A stretch of 56,168 nucleotides of DNA, from IMG/VR virus record IMGVR_UViG_3300032295_002548, positions 1-56,168 of that record; one strand, written 5' to 3'. Positions 41,148 through 52,700 of this stretch are shown piece after piece. Position 1 is the stretch's first letter; each line of letters opens with the position of its first letter. The notes beneath the pieces were generated by a model, which saw nothing but the letters and a program-made list of their open reading frames with translations, was not told the origin of the DNA and did no database searches. Made by a program: the position numbers and the translations under genes. Source of the DNA: a virus. Its lineage: Duplodnaviria > Caudoviricetes.

Positions 41148-44100
41148 GCGACATCGCCCACTCGGGCGCCATAGACTTGCGTGCCAACCTTCCAGAACTG
41201 GATCACCGTGTAGCCCGACGTTGCCAGCGTCGGGGCCGTACCACCCACCCAGACCACACCACCCGTGCCCCACGTCGCGTCGGTCCACGTCAGCGTGTAG
41301 GCCGTGCCGTCATTGACCATCAAGGTGATCGACTCACCGGCCGCGAAGTTCGTAGCCTTCGGCGTACGGGAGGCGCCGAGGGTGATGAGCTGGATGGAGC
41401 CATTGCCCGGGTCCACCTCAAACGCCGCGCCATCAGTAATGGTGAAGATGTCCTCTAGGATCGTGCCGATGATGGGGGGATCTATGATGCCTCCGGTAGC
41501 CGTCAGCGTGCCAGCGATTGTGGTGTTGCCCGCCGCCGAAATGCTGAACGCCGTAGTTGATCCAAGAGCCTTGATCGACAGTAAGTCCGTGGAGTCTACC
41601 TCCATCGTCCAGCGATTCGTCGTCGCACGTTGGAACGATAGCTTCGAGGTGAAGCCCGAGTCGGCGTTGATCTCCAACGTGGACCCGGCACCACTCTTGG
41701 AGATGTTGATCAGCCCTACTGGTGTCGTAACCGCCGACGCCGAGATGCTCAGTCCGAGCACACCAGACGGGACAAAGTCCATCTGACCATTCGGCGTGCC
41801 GAACCGCAGGCGACCGGGGAACGTTGCGTGCCCATTGCTGTACGCCTCGATGGTGCTGGTGTTCGTCCCTGCCGTCAGCGTGTGGCGCATCGTCGCCGCC
41901 GTGCCCGCGTTCACGTTGGCGAAGTTCGTCGCGGTGACGATGGCGTTGCTGTTCTGCTGGCTGAACAGCGCGCCGCCGAAGCTAGCGCCGCCGCCAACGA
42001 CCAACGCGCCGGTGCCGAATGCGGAGGAGGGGGTCGTAAAATACACCGTTGCCGCACCCGTACTGATCGAAGGGCCGTAGATGTTAAAGCCCTCGTAAGC
42101 GGTCGAGTTATCTAGCGCGGCTCCGCCGCCGCCGAACCAAAACTTGTATTGGCCGGAAAGAAAATTGATATCAAACGCACCGTACAAAAGTCCTCGGTTT
42201 GCGCGGTAGGCGTTTACTTGGGTAAAGCTGTTGCCGAAGTAACGCAGTCCGACGCCGTAGAAAGTGCCGAACTCGTTCTGTAGATCGATAGCCGAAACCG
42301 CCGCGTTGCCCTGACTATTGTTGCGGGCAAGGAACCCCAAGCTGCCGTTCACCGACGCCTCCTGCGGGTTGTAACCGCCGGTAGGCGTGTCCCACTTTAC
42401 GCCGCTGGCTGGCAATGTGGTGGTCCGCGCATTGCCCGAGGTGTCGTACCACAGGTTGCTGCCCCCCGGCTGAGCGGCGTCGGGGGCTAGGGTCAGACCC
42501 AGTCGCACGACGCTAAAGCCACTGATGGCGTACGACGTGTTGCCAGCACTCTGGAAAACCACGCCGCCTGAGTTCGCGGAGTTTTCGGTGGTAAACGCGC
42601 TGGTCAGCGTTAAGATATGACTGTTCGCCCCAGCAACTACGGTGGCAAACGCCGAGGCCGTTCCGACACCCGACTTACCCATCGCCACCAGCGGTACTGC
42701 ACCGCTGGTAAGGGTCGCGGTAAAGGTAACCAGATAGCGTGCGCCAATCGGAGCCAATCCGAGGAACGTCCCGCTCACTACGCCGGTGTTAGCTTGGCAA
42801 GTCTGGCCTCCGGTTTCCGCAGCGGTGAACCCTGATGCGCTAGCTCCAGTAAACGTGTCGTACTGAAAGTTGGTAAACGCAGCCCCGGTCAAACCCGTGT
42901 TGCTGGCGTTGTTGTAGTCCGTACGATCTGGATCCCCATCACGGAACAGCTGCGCGACTTCCGCCGCGCTAAGGGCGCGGTTGTAGAACCCGATCACGGA
43001 GCCGGTGCCGATGAAGGCTGCGGAACCTGCGCTATCCGCAGCGAACAGCGTGGCCGCTGCCGCCGTGTACGTCTGGCTATCGGTGATCGAACCGACGCTG
43101 ACCCCGTCCGCGTAGCAGGTCTGGGTGGTGCCAGACTTGGTCACCACGATGTGCTGGGTAACGCCCACGACGTTGCCCAGATTCATGTCGGTGTTGGCGC
43201 TGCCGAGCGCCTTACCGCTGAACAAGTTTCCGTTGGTCCGAAACCCAAGGTAGAAGCACCCGCTTACGTCATTGCCGATCAGGTACTGCTGAACGGCCGC
43301 ACTCTGACGGTTGACGACGAACGCTACCGTCCAATCGCCCGACAGGATCGGCGTCGAACAGGCCACGCCCCTAGTTCCATCGAACGCCAGCTTCTGCCGG
43401 ATCGCCCGATCTGCGGCCACGCTCCGCATCGAGAGGTCGGTGGTGCCGAGCAGGAAGTTGTTGGCGGTGACGGTGCCTGACGCGAGCAAGCTTCCGCCTG
43501 CGACCGCGCCAATCCCGCCGATGTTTACGCCAGCGCCACCGGACTGATTGAACGAAATCGTCTTCTCGGTGCCCGCAGCATTGGTGTATGCTTTGATTGC
43601 GGCATAAGCCGAGCCTCCGTTTCCAGCTAGCGAGATGCCTCCGTTTGCATCGAATACGGTCGGACCACCAGTAGACTCAAACGCCTTCGAGTTTACTTGC
43701 TCAGCAAAGTAGCTGCGTCCCGATACGCCGATGCCACCGTTTGTGCCGTTGCCGACGATCAGCGCGCCGGTGATGGCGCTCGTCGAGTTGGTAGTCGCCG
43801 GCACCTGTACCTGTTGCGCCGAAGTGATGTTTAGTGCTATGGTACCTGCGGTTCCGAATCCGAGACCACTGTTGCCGTGAATGAAAGGGCGGCTTGTTCC
43901 TGATGGAGTCTGTAAACCGAAAGCCAACGTCGTCGTTGACTCGTCGGACAGGCGAATGCCGTAGAGATACCCCGCGTCGGCAGGAGTGGCATACACGTTG
44001 AGCTTCGCGCCACCAAAGGTCGCCGTTCCGATTGTCAGCGGTCCGTTGATCTTGCCGCTCGTCCGCACGTTCCAGCTCACGCCGCTGGCTGGGAGCGTGA

Positions 44101-46090
44101 GGGTCGCGTTGTTCCCAGAGGTGTCGTACCACGCGAGTCCGCTTCCCGGCTGGTTCGCGTCAGGAGCGAACAGGAGTCCGAGCGGCACGATGGTGATGTC
44201 ATCGACAACCGCACCGCCGCCTTCAGTCCGCAGGAACACGGGAGCGTCGGCCGCCATCGTGTAGTCGAGCGTCTTCGTTCCTGCCGTGCTCCCAATAATG
44301 CCGGTGTAATTGACACCGTCGTAGACCCTGAGAGTCCCTCCGGTAATCGAGTCGATGGTGATCGTTAGACGGTAACGATATCCTTTCCGTAGGTTGGTGT
44401 TATTGCACAGCGCGTAGGCAAGGTTTATTAAATTCAGTTTCCCGCCGCTGATACTATTGCCGACCTCCAGCGTCCAACCCGTGCCTGCCGAGAAATTGGA
44501 GTTTGCGCCATTGATGATTTGCTGCCCTGAATAAACCGTTACGGAGCTGTCGTTAGTGGCGAATCCGTAATCCGTCTGTGCAGGCGCGCCAGCCTCGTAC
44601 AGCGACACAACCTCCGCAGCGGACAGCGCGCGGTTGTAGATCAGCGGCGTTCCGATGAACCCAGAAGACGGCATCACCGTCAGTCCGCCGATTGCGTTGG
44701 TGTAGTTGGTTGCTAGCGTTCCCGATCCATTCGATACGCCATTGAGATAGATGGTCGTGACACCGGACGCGCGAACCGCAGTCACGCAATACACGGTATT
44801 CGCCTGCAATATCGTGCTGCCGAAAAGCTGTGCCGTAGCATCGCCGTTCCGCACGCACAACCGTCCTGCCGGTGACGAGTCGGTAGTGCCAAATTCCCAC
44901 GACTGAGCGACGCCGCCCTGACCGATCCGCAGAAAGACGTTCGGCGCAGTCGGCGTAGTAAGCCGCACCCAAACCTGTGCCGTGTAATCTCCCGTGCCGA
45001 ACGCGGCGAAAGTTCCGACATTGGCGCTCGACGTTCCTTGCGAGATCAATCCCTGCCGCGACGCGCGCGCGTTCTCGGTCGAAGCGATAGACGGACCGCC
45101 GGTGCCGAGCGCAAAGTTGCTGGCGGTGACGGTGCCCGTGCTGTTGATGCCACCCGATACCGCGATACCAGACCCAGCTACGTCGGCAATCGACCCAAGG
45201 TTTGCATTGTAGACCCGAACGATTTCCGAGCCGTTAGACAGGATGCGTCCCCAAGTGTACGACGCCGCCGTATCCGAGGCGAACGAAAGTTGAGGCTGCG
45301 AGACCGCTCCGATCAGCGACACGGAAGACGGCGACGTTCCTAGACGTTCCGCAGCCACCGACGCATTTGCATTTGTCGCGCTGGATTTGACCGTCCCGTT
45401 CGACTTAGTGCTTACGATGTCGCCACCAGCGTAGATGTTTTGGCTGACGCCCAAGCCACCGTTGGTGCCGTTGCCGACGATCAGCGCGCCGGTGATGGCG
45501 CTCGTCGAGTTGGTGCTCGGCAGAACTTGAACCTGCGTGTTGGCGAGATTGAGGATGCCGGTGTCTCCAGCCGTCGTCGTCGTCCCTAGGAACCGCAGAT
45601 TGGCCGAGGTGCCGCCATCCAAGAAAACGTAATTGAATGAGTTGCGTGAAAAATGGATTTCGTTCCCGGTGAGCGTTTGGGTGAAGCCACTAGTGGTGAC
45701 GTTTATGCCTCCGTTAGCTGTCAACAGATTAGGCACCGTCAGCGTACCGGGCAGGATCAGCGTGCTAGGCAGCGACAGCGTGACCGCACCTGTGGCGGCG
45801 GAGACCGAGATCTGGTTGGCCGTGCCGGCGAGCGACGTCACCCCACCACCGCCACCACCAGTCAAGCGGGAGTCGTTCGCCTGCACCACCGTCCCCGCCG
45901 TGGTCCCACCGTTGGGCGCCAGCAGCACCACACCATACGCCGTCGTCGTCGCCGCGAGCGCCGCCGAGTTGAGCGCGTCGCTCATCGCCACCTTGTTGGG
46001 CCGGGCCGTGCCGCGTCCCACCAGCAGGAGATCCGTTGCCTGCGAGGGCAACGTCAGTGACGTCAGGTTTGATAGTGTGGAGTCGGCCAT
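41144..46090 (-). CDS. Long tail fibre/adhesin with two duplicated LamG-containing modules
   Basis: 1648 aa; YNRALSAAEV and APDA.QPG...WYDTSGN each occur twice; C-terminal fibre domain. Confidence 0.85.
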   Translation of the reverse strand: MADSTLSNLTSLTLPSQATDLLLVGRGTARPNKVAMSDALNSAALAATTTAYGVVLLAPNGGTTAGTVVQANDSRLTGGGGGGVTSLAGTANQISVSAATGAVTLSLPSTLILPGTLTVPNLLTANGGINVTTSGFTQTLTGNEIHFSRNSFNYVFLDGGTSANLRFLGTTTTAGDTGILNLANTQVQVLPSTNSTSAITGALIVGNGTNGGLGVSQNIYAGGDIVSTKSNGTVKSSATNANASVAAERLGTSPSSVSLIGAVSQPQLSFASDTAASYTWGRILSNGSEIVRVYNANLGSIADVAGSGIAVSGGINSTGTVTASNFALGTGGPSIASTENARASRQGLISQGTSSANVGTFAAFGTGDYTAQVWVRLTTPTAPNVFLRIGQGGVAQSWEFGTTDSSPAGRLCVRNGDATAQLFGSTILQANTVYCVTAVRASGVTTIYLNGVSNGSGTLATNYTNAIGGLTVMPSSGFIGTPLIYNRALSAAEVVSLYEAGAPAQTDYGFATNDSSVTVYSGQQIINGANSNFSAGTGWTLEVGNSISGGKLNLINLAYALCNNTNLRKGYRYRLTITIDSITGGTLRVYDGVNYTGIIGSTAGTKTLDYTMAADAPVFLRTEGGGAVVDDITIVPLGLLFAPDANQPGSGLAWYDTSGNNATLTLPASGVSWNVRTSGKINGPLTIGTATFGGAKLNVYATPADAGYLYGIRLSDESTTTLAFGLQTPSGTSRPFIHGNSGLGFGTAGTIALNITSAQQVQVPATTNSTSAITGALIVGNGTNGGIGVSGRSYFAEQVNSKAFESTGGPTVFDANGGISLAGNGGSAYAAIKAYTNAAGTEKTISFNQSGGAGVNIGGIGAVAGGSLLASGTVTANNFLLGTTDLSMRSVAADRAIRQKLAFDGTRGVACSTPILSGDWTVAFVVNRQSAAVQQYLIGNDVSGCFYLGFRTNGNLFSGKALGSANTDMNLGNVVGVTQHIVVTKSGTTQTCYADGVSVGSITDSQTYTAAAATLFAADSAGSAAFIGTGSVIGFYNRALSAAEVAQLFRDGDPDRTDYNNASNTGLTGAAFTNFQYDTFTGASASGFTAAETGGQTCQANTGVVSGTFLGLAPIGARYLVTFTATLTSGAVPLVAMGKSGVGTASAFATVVAGANSHILTLTSAFTTENSANSGGVVFQSAGNTSYAISGFSVVRLGLTLAPDAAQPGGSNLWYDTSGNARTTTLPASGVKWDTPTGGYNPQEASVNGSLGFLARNNSQGNAAVSAIDLQNEFGTFYGVGLRYFGNSFTQVNAYRANRGLLYGAFDINFLSGQYKFWFGGGGAALDNSTAYEGFNIYGPSISTGAATVYFTTPSSAFGTGALVVGGGASFGGALFSQQNSNAIVTATNFANVNAGTAATMRHTLTAGTNTSTIEAYSNGHATFPGRLRFGTPNGQMDFVPSGVLGLSISASAVTTPVGLINISKSGAGSTLEINADSGFTSKLSFQRATTNRWTMEVDSTDLLSIKALGSTTAFSISAAGNTTIAGTLTATGGIIDPPIIGTILEDIFTITDGAAFEVDPGNGSIQLITLGASRTPKATNFAAGESITLMVNDGTAYTLTWTDATWGTGGVVWVGGTAPTLATSGYTVIQFWKVGTQVYGARVGDVA
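43733..45514. repeat. 60-bp direct repeat (1 mismatch) inside the long fibre gene
   Basis: Copies at 43733-43792 and 45455-45514; encodes TNSTSAITGALIVGNGTNGG. Confidence 0.9.
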
Positions 46091-46092
46091 GG

Positions 46093-46719
46093 TCAGGCGC
46101 TGGTCGCGGTCACGTTCTTGATCCGGGAGAAGTCATCACGCTCGATGGCGAACGCCCACGACTTCTTCTGGGGAACAGCTTCTTTCATCGACTTCACCAT
46201 GTCGATCAGGATCGACACCTTGTCCTCACGCGGGGCGTCCATCTGGGCGCGCAGCGCCGCCACCTCGGACAGCAGCGTACGGATGGAGGCGTTGTCCGGC
46301 TCCACTCCCTTCGGCGCGGAGGCCATGTCCTTGACCAGCTTCTCCACCCGGCCCACCGCGGTGGACAGGGTGTCGGTGCGGTTCATGATCCGGTCAAACG
46401 ATCCGCTGACCGACTTGGTGATCGACGCCTCGATCGCCCCCACCTTGGTCTCGGTCTTGTCCAGCGACTCCTTGAGCGCGTCGTCGAGCATCGTCTCCAG
46501 CAGCTCGTCGCGCCGCTTCACCAGCTCGTCGAACTCGTCCTTGTACTTGGCCAGCAGTTTGTCCGAGTCGCTGCGGGTCATCTCCAGCAGGACGCGCAGG
46601 GAGTCCGCCACCTGCTGCAGCTGCTTCGACTGCGAGCGGGCGTTCATCTGCTCCATGAACCGGTCGAGGATATCGTCCTCGACCTCCACCGCCTTGTCCG
46701 GATCAAATCTGGGTTTCAT
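46093..46719 (-). CDS. Coiled-coil protein (208 aa)
   Basis: Heptad-rich; C-terminal W.F.IERD...RI..V beta-hairpin motif. Confidence 0.65.
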   Translation of the reverse strand: MKPRFDPDKAVEVEDDILDRFMEQMNARSQSKQLQQVADSLRVLLEMTRSDSDKLLAKYKDEFDELVKRRDELLETMLDDALKESLDKTETKVGAIEASITKSVSGSFDRIMNRTDTLSTAVGRVEKLVKDMASAPKGVEPDNASIRTLLSEVAALRAQMDAPREDKVSILIDMVKSMKEAVPQKKSWAFAIERDDFSRIKNVTATSA

Positions 46720-49700
46720 ACGAATTGGCCGTTACGGTACATCCGGATGGTTCCGGTAGTGGGATCCTTGTAAAGCCTTCCCTCCTTGAAGGAAGTCTTC
46801 TGGCCGGGGGTGGGCGGCGGAGGCGGCGGATTGATCGGCACGAACCCCGCCGGGGGACGCATGCTGGCACCCGGGTTGGTCGGCGGGGTGGAGTTTGCCT
46901 CCGGCACCGGCAGGTACTCCGGCATCTGACCCTTGGCGGTCAATGACCTAGCCTCCGCCCAGATGCGGGTGGCCTTGGTCGGATCACCGAACAGCCACTG
47001 CGACGTCTCGCCCCGCGCCATGCCCCGACTTACCAGCTCCCGGTACTTCAGGTTCTGCAGGGTGGGATCGGGCTGCGACAGCGAGATCATGGCGATCATG
47101 CGCGCCCGGGAACCATCGCTGCTGTTGACGCTGAGCAGCATGCGCTCCTCCTCCGTGCGGCCCATCGCCGCCTCCTTCATCATGGGGATCAGCGACTTGG
47201 CCGTCGTCGGATCCGTGGCGATGAGCTGCGCCCACGTCCGATCCCGCTCCGCCTGCGGCATGCTCATCAGCGCCTCGAACGTGGTGCGGGCGGATATGGC
47301 CTTCTCCTTCTTTCCGGGGATGTACACCCCGTTGAGGGCTCCCAGTAGGAAGTCGGACGAGATGCCGGACTCGCGGAGGTTGGCGAGGATCTTCTCCTTG
47401 GGCTGCAGCAGCACCTCACCATCGCGCAGGTACTCGACCAGATCTCGGAAGATGATCTTCCGCCCCTGCTCCGACATCTGGTATGCCTGTTCAATGCTAT
47501 CCGGCGTAGCGTCCTTGCGGTTGCGCGCCCGACCAAACTCGGTCTGAATACTGTTAAGACGACCGAACAGCGCACCAGCCTGACGCTCGAACTGCAGGGG
47601 TAGGTCGATGCGTTGAACACGCACACCTATCAACCGGTTGGCCAGATCCCCCACCTGATAGATCTGCCCATCCGGTCCGACTTCTTCCCGTGCCGCCTTG
47701 TACCACCTCATCCCCTCGGTAATGGAACCGGGGTTCAGGTTCTTCATGAGGTGGGCGGCCCCGATCACGAAGTTCTGCCCAACAGTGGCGTTGTTCCGTA
47801 CTTGGGCGGACTCGATGCCCGACACATCCACGAACTTGCCACCCTCACTGGGGAAGATCTTGCGGCCGTATTCGTTGTAGCCGCTGACCAGTTCCGCCAG
47901 CGGCTTGAAGAACAGCCCACCGTCGGATACCATGGAGCCGGCAGTTTCCGCCATGAACGCGGAGGCCGCTTCGACGGGGGTCTTACCTTCCAGCGCCGCC
48001 TTGATGGCCGCGACCGGCGTAGACTGCGGGAACAAGTAGCTCTGGTTGGCGTAAGCGACTTGATCCTTGTCGAAGTCCGTGACGATCAGCAGGCCCGTGC
48101 GGTCCCACTCCGGCAGTCGGCGGCGAAGAGCTTTGTCCTGTTCGCCGGACACACCCTTGGTTTCGTTCATCGCCTCGTTCAGGGCGTACAGCGCATAGGC
48201 GGTCCCGATCAGGCTGGTGAGTCGGACGGTCGCAGAGGTGATAAACCGCTTGTTCCCGGTCTGCTGGGCCTCTTGGAACTCCGTCACCGCCCTCCGCATG
48301 GTTGTGTAGAACGTACGGAAGGTCTCGTACTTGAAGGCCACGAACGGTTCCAGAACGCCGAGCGTGGAGAACTTCTTCACCACTTCCGGCACGTTTTGCG
48401 AGTTGGGGTACACCTCCTTGGTGACCGCGATAGCTCGCTGATACACCACCGCCTCTTCCTGCGGGGTGAGGTTATCCATCGACTTGCCGAACAGAACTTT
48501 GGCGTACCGGCCAACTTCGGCGTAGAAGCTGATCACCCGGGGAAACTCTTCCAACTTGCCATAGACCGACAAGGCGCCTTCGGCCACACCTTTGACGACT
48601 TTCCCGGCTTTGGGCGGCAGCCACGTGACGATGCGGTTGCCGAGCGAAGTCGCGCCGGAAGCCCGAGCGGTCTCCAGCATATCCTGCGTGTTCACGCCTT
48701 GACGCAGAATGCCTTCGCGAATCAGCACTGGGATGTCGCGCTCGATCTTGGCGACGTTGGAAGGGAACGGCGTGTTGAACACCACGCTGATGGCGTCCCG
48801 GTGGATCTTCGGGTTCATCACCATCTGCACGGCATGACCCTGCACAATAGGCTGAGTCAGCGAACTCAAGAAGTTGGGCGCATAGGTGACCGGATGAAAA
48901 ACGGTCTTGGCCAACTTCATGTTGCCCGTAACCGTAGCCAGCCAGCGGTACGGGGCGCTGTGACTCTGATACGCCGCCATCGTGCGCAGTCCGTCGGCCG
49001 CCTCGGGCGTCGTCCACAGTTTGGCTAACGGGTCCGCCCCCTTCGGGGTCATGCCCGGATAGGCGCTTAGCGCCGTCGAATCGAGGCCCGGGTAAATACC
49101 GAGCCCATCCGGAGTCGTCAGCGGTACGGTGTGCGTCGAGGTGGCGTTAGGGGTAAAGATGCCGATCTGTTTCCCGATATCCGCCATCTTCTGCCGGGTC
49201 TTTGCCGCCGCCAACAAGTTGCCCATGCGATCCACCGTGAGGATGCCCGCCCGCACGGGGTCGGTAATCTCGCCCAGCATGTCGCGCCACGCATCCGACA
49301 GCTCCTTACGGGGCTTGAGCACGGAGCCATCCGGGCGGGCAATGCCCTGACCCGTCGCAAACGAACGGGCGTTGGGCGCCATCGCCGTCGTGCCCTTGGC
49401 TTTCGCGATCTGGTACAGGGTCAGCTCGATGCCCTCCTGCCACAACTGGTCTAGGGTTTTGGTGCTCTTATCCAGCTGCTGTTGTTTAACGTACTCCGCC
49501 ACAGCCCGATCCCGCAGCACCGGGTCGTACTGGAAGTCCGGGTTAGTGAAGACCTCGTACGTGCGGTACAGGTACTTGCCCTGATTCCGCAGCATCGTGG
49601 CTTCAAGGTCGCTACCGGGCTCGACCAACCCGGCGGCGATAAGTTGCTCAGTGAAGTCGTCAACGGTCTGACGCGCCTTCATGGCTGAAACCCTGAGCTT

Positions 49701-52700
49701 CTCGTCGAGGATCAGGTCGAAGTCGCCACGGTTGGCCAAAGAGTCCATGGCCGCGTGCCAGTCGGTCGTGGCCACCTTGCCCCGCATCAACTCCAGCTCC
49801 TTCAACGCCCGCATGGCCCCATCCTTGTACGACTCGGCAAGCGGAGCCTGCCCTTTGATGACGTCGTACACCTTACCAATGACCGACTGCGGGAAGACGA
49901 TCCAGTTGTCGGAGACCTCGAAGTACTTGCTCATCCCCAACCGGCGGACTGGGAGCTTGGCGTTGACGATGCCATTGAGCACCGCGTTCCGCAGGAACGG
50001 GTTGCCAAAAGCCATGCCGAACACCGCGAACTGCATGCCCAAGGAGACACGGTCCGCGAGCGAAGCGTCCGGATCCTTGTTGTACCCGTAGACAAACCCG
50101 ATCCCGCCGCCCAGCGCCGTCTGCCCGAACTGGTGCAGCAGCTGGAGGTTGATGGCGCCACGACGAGCCTTGCTCATGCTGCGGCGTCCCTTCTCCCGGA
50201 CATACTCCGGCTTCGGCATCTTATCGATATCGTCCATCTGCTTGTCCAGCAGTGGATCTCCCGTCTTGGCGTACTCGATCGGAAGCAGGTCGGTCTTCTG
50301 CGGCGCGAACTTGGTGTCCTTGGGGTTGGCTCGGTTCCGAGCCCCGTCCGGCCCGAAGTTCACGTAGCTGTTCTGGCCCCGCGTCTCGCTCGACAGCGCC
50401 CACCGCGCCCAAGGCGACCGGGTCATGGCCATGTGATTCCGCCACGCAGCCTCTTCACCCAGAACGCCGAACTGCACCGGGCTCATGGTGTGGGCGTAGT
50501 AGTCGTGGACCGCCCGGAGCAGATCGTTAAACAAAAGCGGCTTATCGTTGATGTCCTTCAGCCCGGAGTCCTGCAGCAACGGGTGATCGGTGTAGTCAAC
50601 GCCCTTGGGTCCGAAGGTATCCGCGTCGGTGCCGAAGATGAACAGGTGGTTGTTACCGAGCACGTCGGAACGCATCTCCATGCTGTTCTTGTAGGGCTCC
50701 CCCTTGCCGGACAGGATCTCGACCTTTACCGGCAGAGCCTCGTACTGCTCCATCAGCTCATCCGCCAGCTCGGAGTAACTGCGGTCAACCTTCCAGTCAT
50801 CCTTGAGCGCATTCATGCGCATGCGACCATACGCGTCCGCGATCTTGGTCTGGAGCTTGGTCTGGGGCGCCGTGAGTTTGGCGGCCTGTGGTACGGGTTG
50901 GACCTCGCGAGCAGCCAGCCGTGCGGCTATGCGCCGGGCCGTGTGGTTGAACTTGGTGCCCGCAATGGGAAGTTCACCTGTAACCTTTGGGTAAGGGATT
51001 CCTCCTTCCCCATAGATCCAGAGGCGCTCAACTCGGGGAACGCTTCGGCCAAGAGATTCCGAGACTTTGGCTCCAGAGGCTTTGAAACGCTCGATGGCTT
51101 TGGCGTTGCTGGGATCATCGGTGTAGTAGGCTAAGAGTTCGTTTTCCGTGGCAGTAAACCCCGAAAGCCCGGACTTCTTGGCGAGCTTCTCGATGTCCGG
51201 GCGAGACATGCCTTTGGTCTTCCAACTGTAGACCACGGTGTTGGAAGATCCATCCGGGTACTTGTGGCCCGGCTTGGTGCCCGCATCCGCCATACCCCGG
51301 ACATGGATCTGTTCCTGAAAGAAGTTCTGGGCGAACCTCGACAAAGCCGACATCACGGTATCCCGATCAGCGGCGTTAAAGGACAGGGACAACCGGATGC
51401 TACCTTCCAGAGATCCACCGTACAACCCCTTCGCCGGATAATGGATCAGCTTTACCGACGGTATGTCTTGAACGAGGTACGTGATGCTATCGGCAGCGAT
51501 GTCGCTAAGCAGGCGGGCAGCTGAAGGGTCGGTCTGGGAAACCTTGTGCAGTTTGGCCAGACCGGGGATGTTGCTCTGTTTTGCCGTGGAGGGAACCGCC
51601 GACAACGCAACTTCGATCAGCGAAGCCTCGGTATCCAGACCGGGCATCGGAGTTACTTCGGCAGCGACACTCGCCGGGATTTCCGGAGCCTTGGCTTCCG
51701 TGGTCTTGGGAATGATGCCTCGGTCTTGAGCGACCTTACGGATCAACTGCAGGCGAATCCGTTTGATCGTATCTTCCTCGGCCTTGATCAGGGCGATCCA
51801 GTTCTGCTCATTGGTGACTAAGTTTTCAATCGCCGCGGCCTTGGTCTCCGTAGACAGCACCCGCCGAGAATGATGCCCCACAGCATCCAGATACCACCAA
51901 CGATCTTCCGGATCCCGGAAGATGCGGTATTGGTTCGGCCCAATCTGCACATCCCACCCACCAATGGTCGAGTCCTTGACCTTGGTGATGATGGGCTTCT
52001 GGGGATTGGCCTTGGCCGCTGCTTCCGCTTCCGTGACGATGGTGGTGTTAGGCACCTCCACCGTACCCACCTGCGTGGCAACCGCGGACTTACCGTTGCG
52101 CGTCTTGCGTACGAACTTAGCCGGAATCGGCGCCGGAAGTTCCGGGCTGCTGACTATCACCGCCTCGTCCGGCTTGATCTGGTCGGTCTTCTCTGCGGCG
52201 GCGATGTCCTTCTCCCGCTGCACGTCATCGGCCAACTGCTTCTGGTGGACCTCGTTCTCCACCGCCGTGCGCTTCCGCTTGGGCAACTTAACCGGTATGC
52301 CCTCGTTGTTAACGAGGATGGGATTATCCTGACCATCTACCAGACCGGAGTCGTAGATGGTCGGCTCCGGCTTAGGGGCACGGAGTGTACGGCGCTTGGG
52401 CTTAGACGGCGCAACGGGCGCCGCTTCCGGTGCCGGCTGAATGCCCACCATCTCCGGGGTCAGTTCGCCAAACCCCTTCAGCAGCCCTTGACGCGGCGCT
52501 GCTGGCGCTCCCGGGTCACGGGGGGTGTGGATGTCCAGCAGGGTCTGGCGGTACAGCGAGTACTCCCTCGGGTCCGTCACCTTGGCCAACTCGACGGCAT
52601 GCCAACGCTTCAGCTGGATGCCGTCTTCTAGGAACGTGTTGGTGATACGCTTGACCCGAGCGTTGAACTCGCCGGCTTTGGCCATGCGCCGCTCGGCTTC

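Noticed and set aside
43733-45514. Diversity-generating retroelement TR/VR pair
   Set aside because: Only one mismatch, both copies are mid-gene coding sequence, and no reverse transcriptase is encoded.
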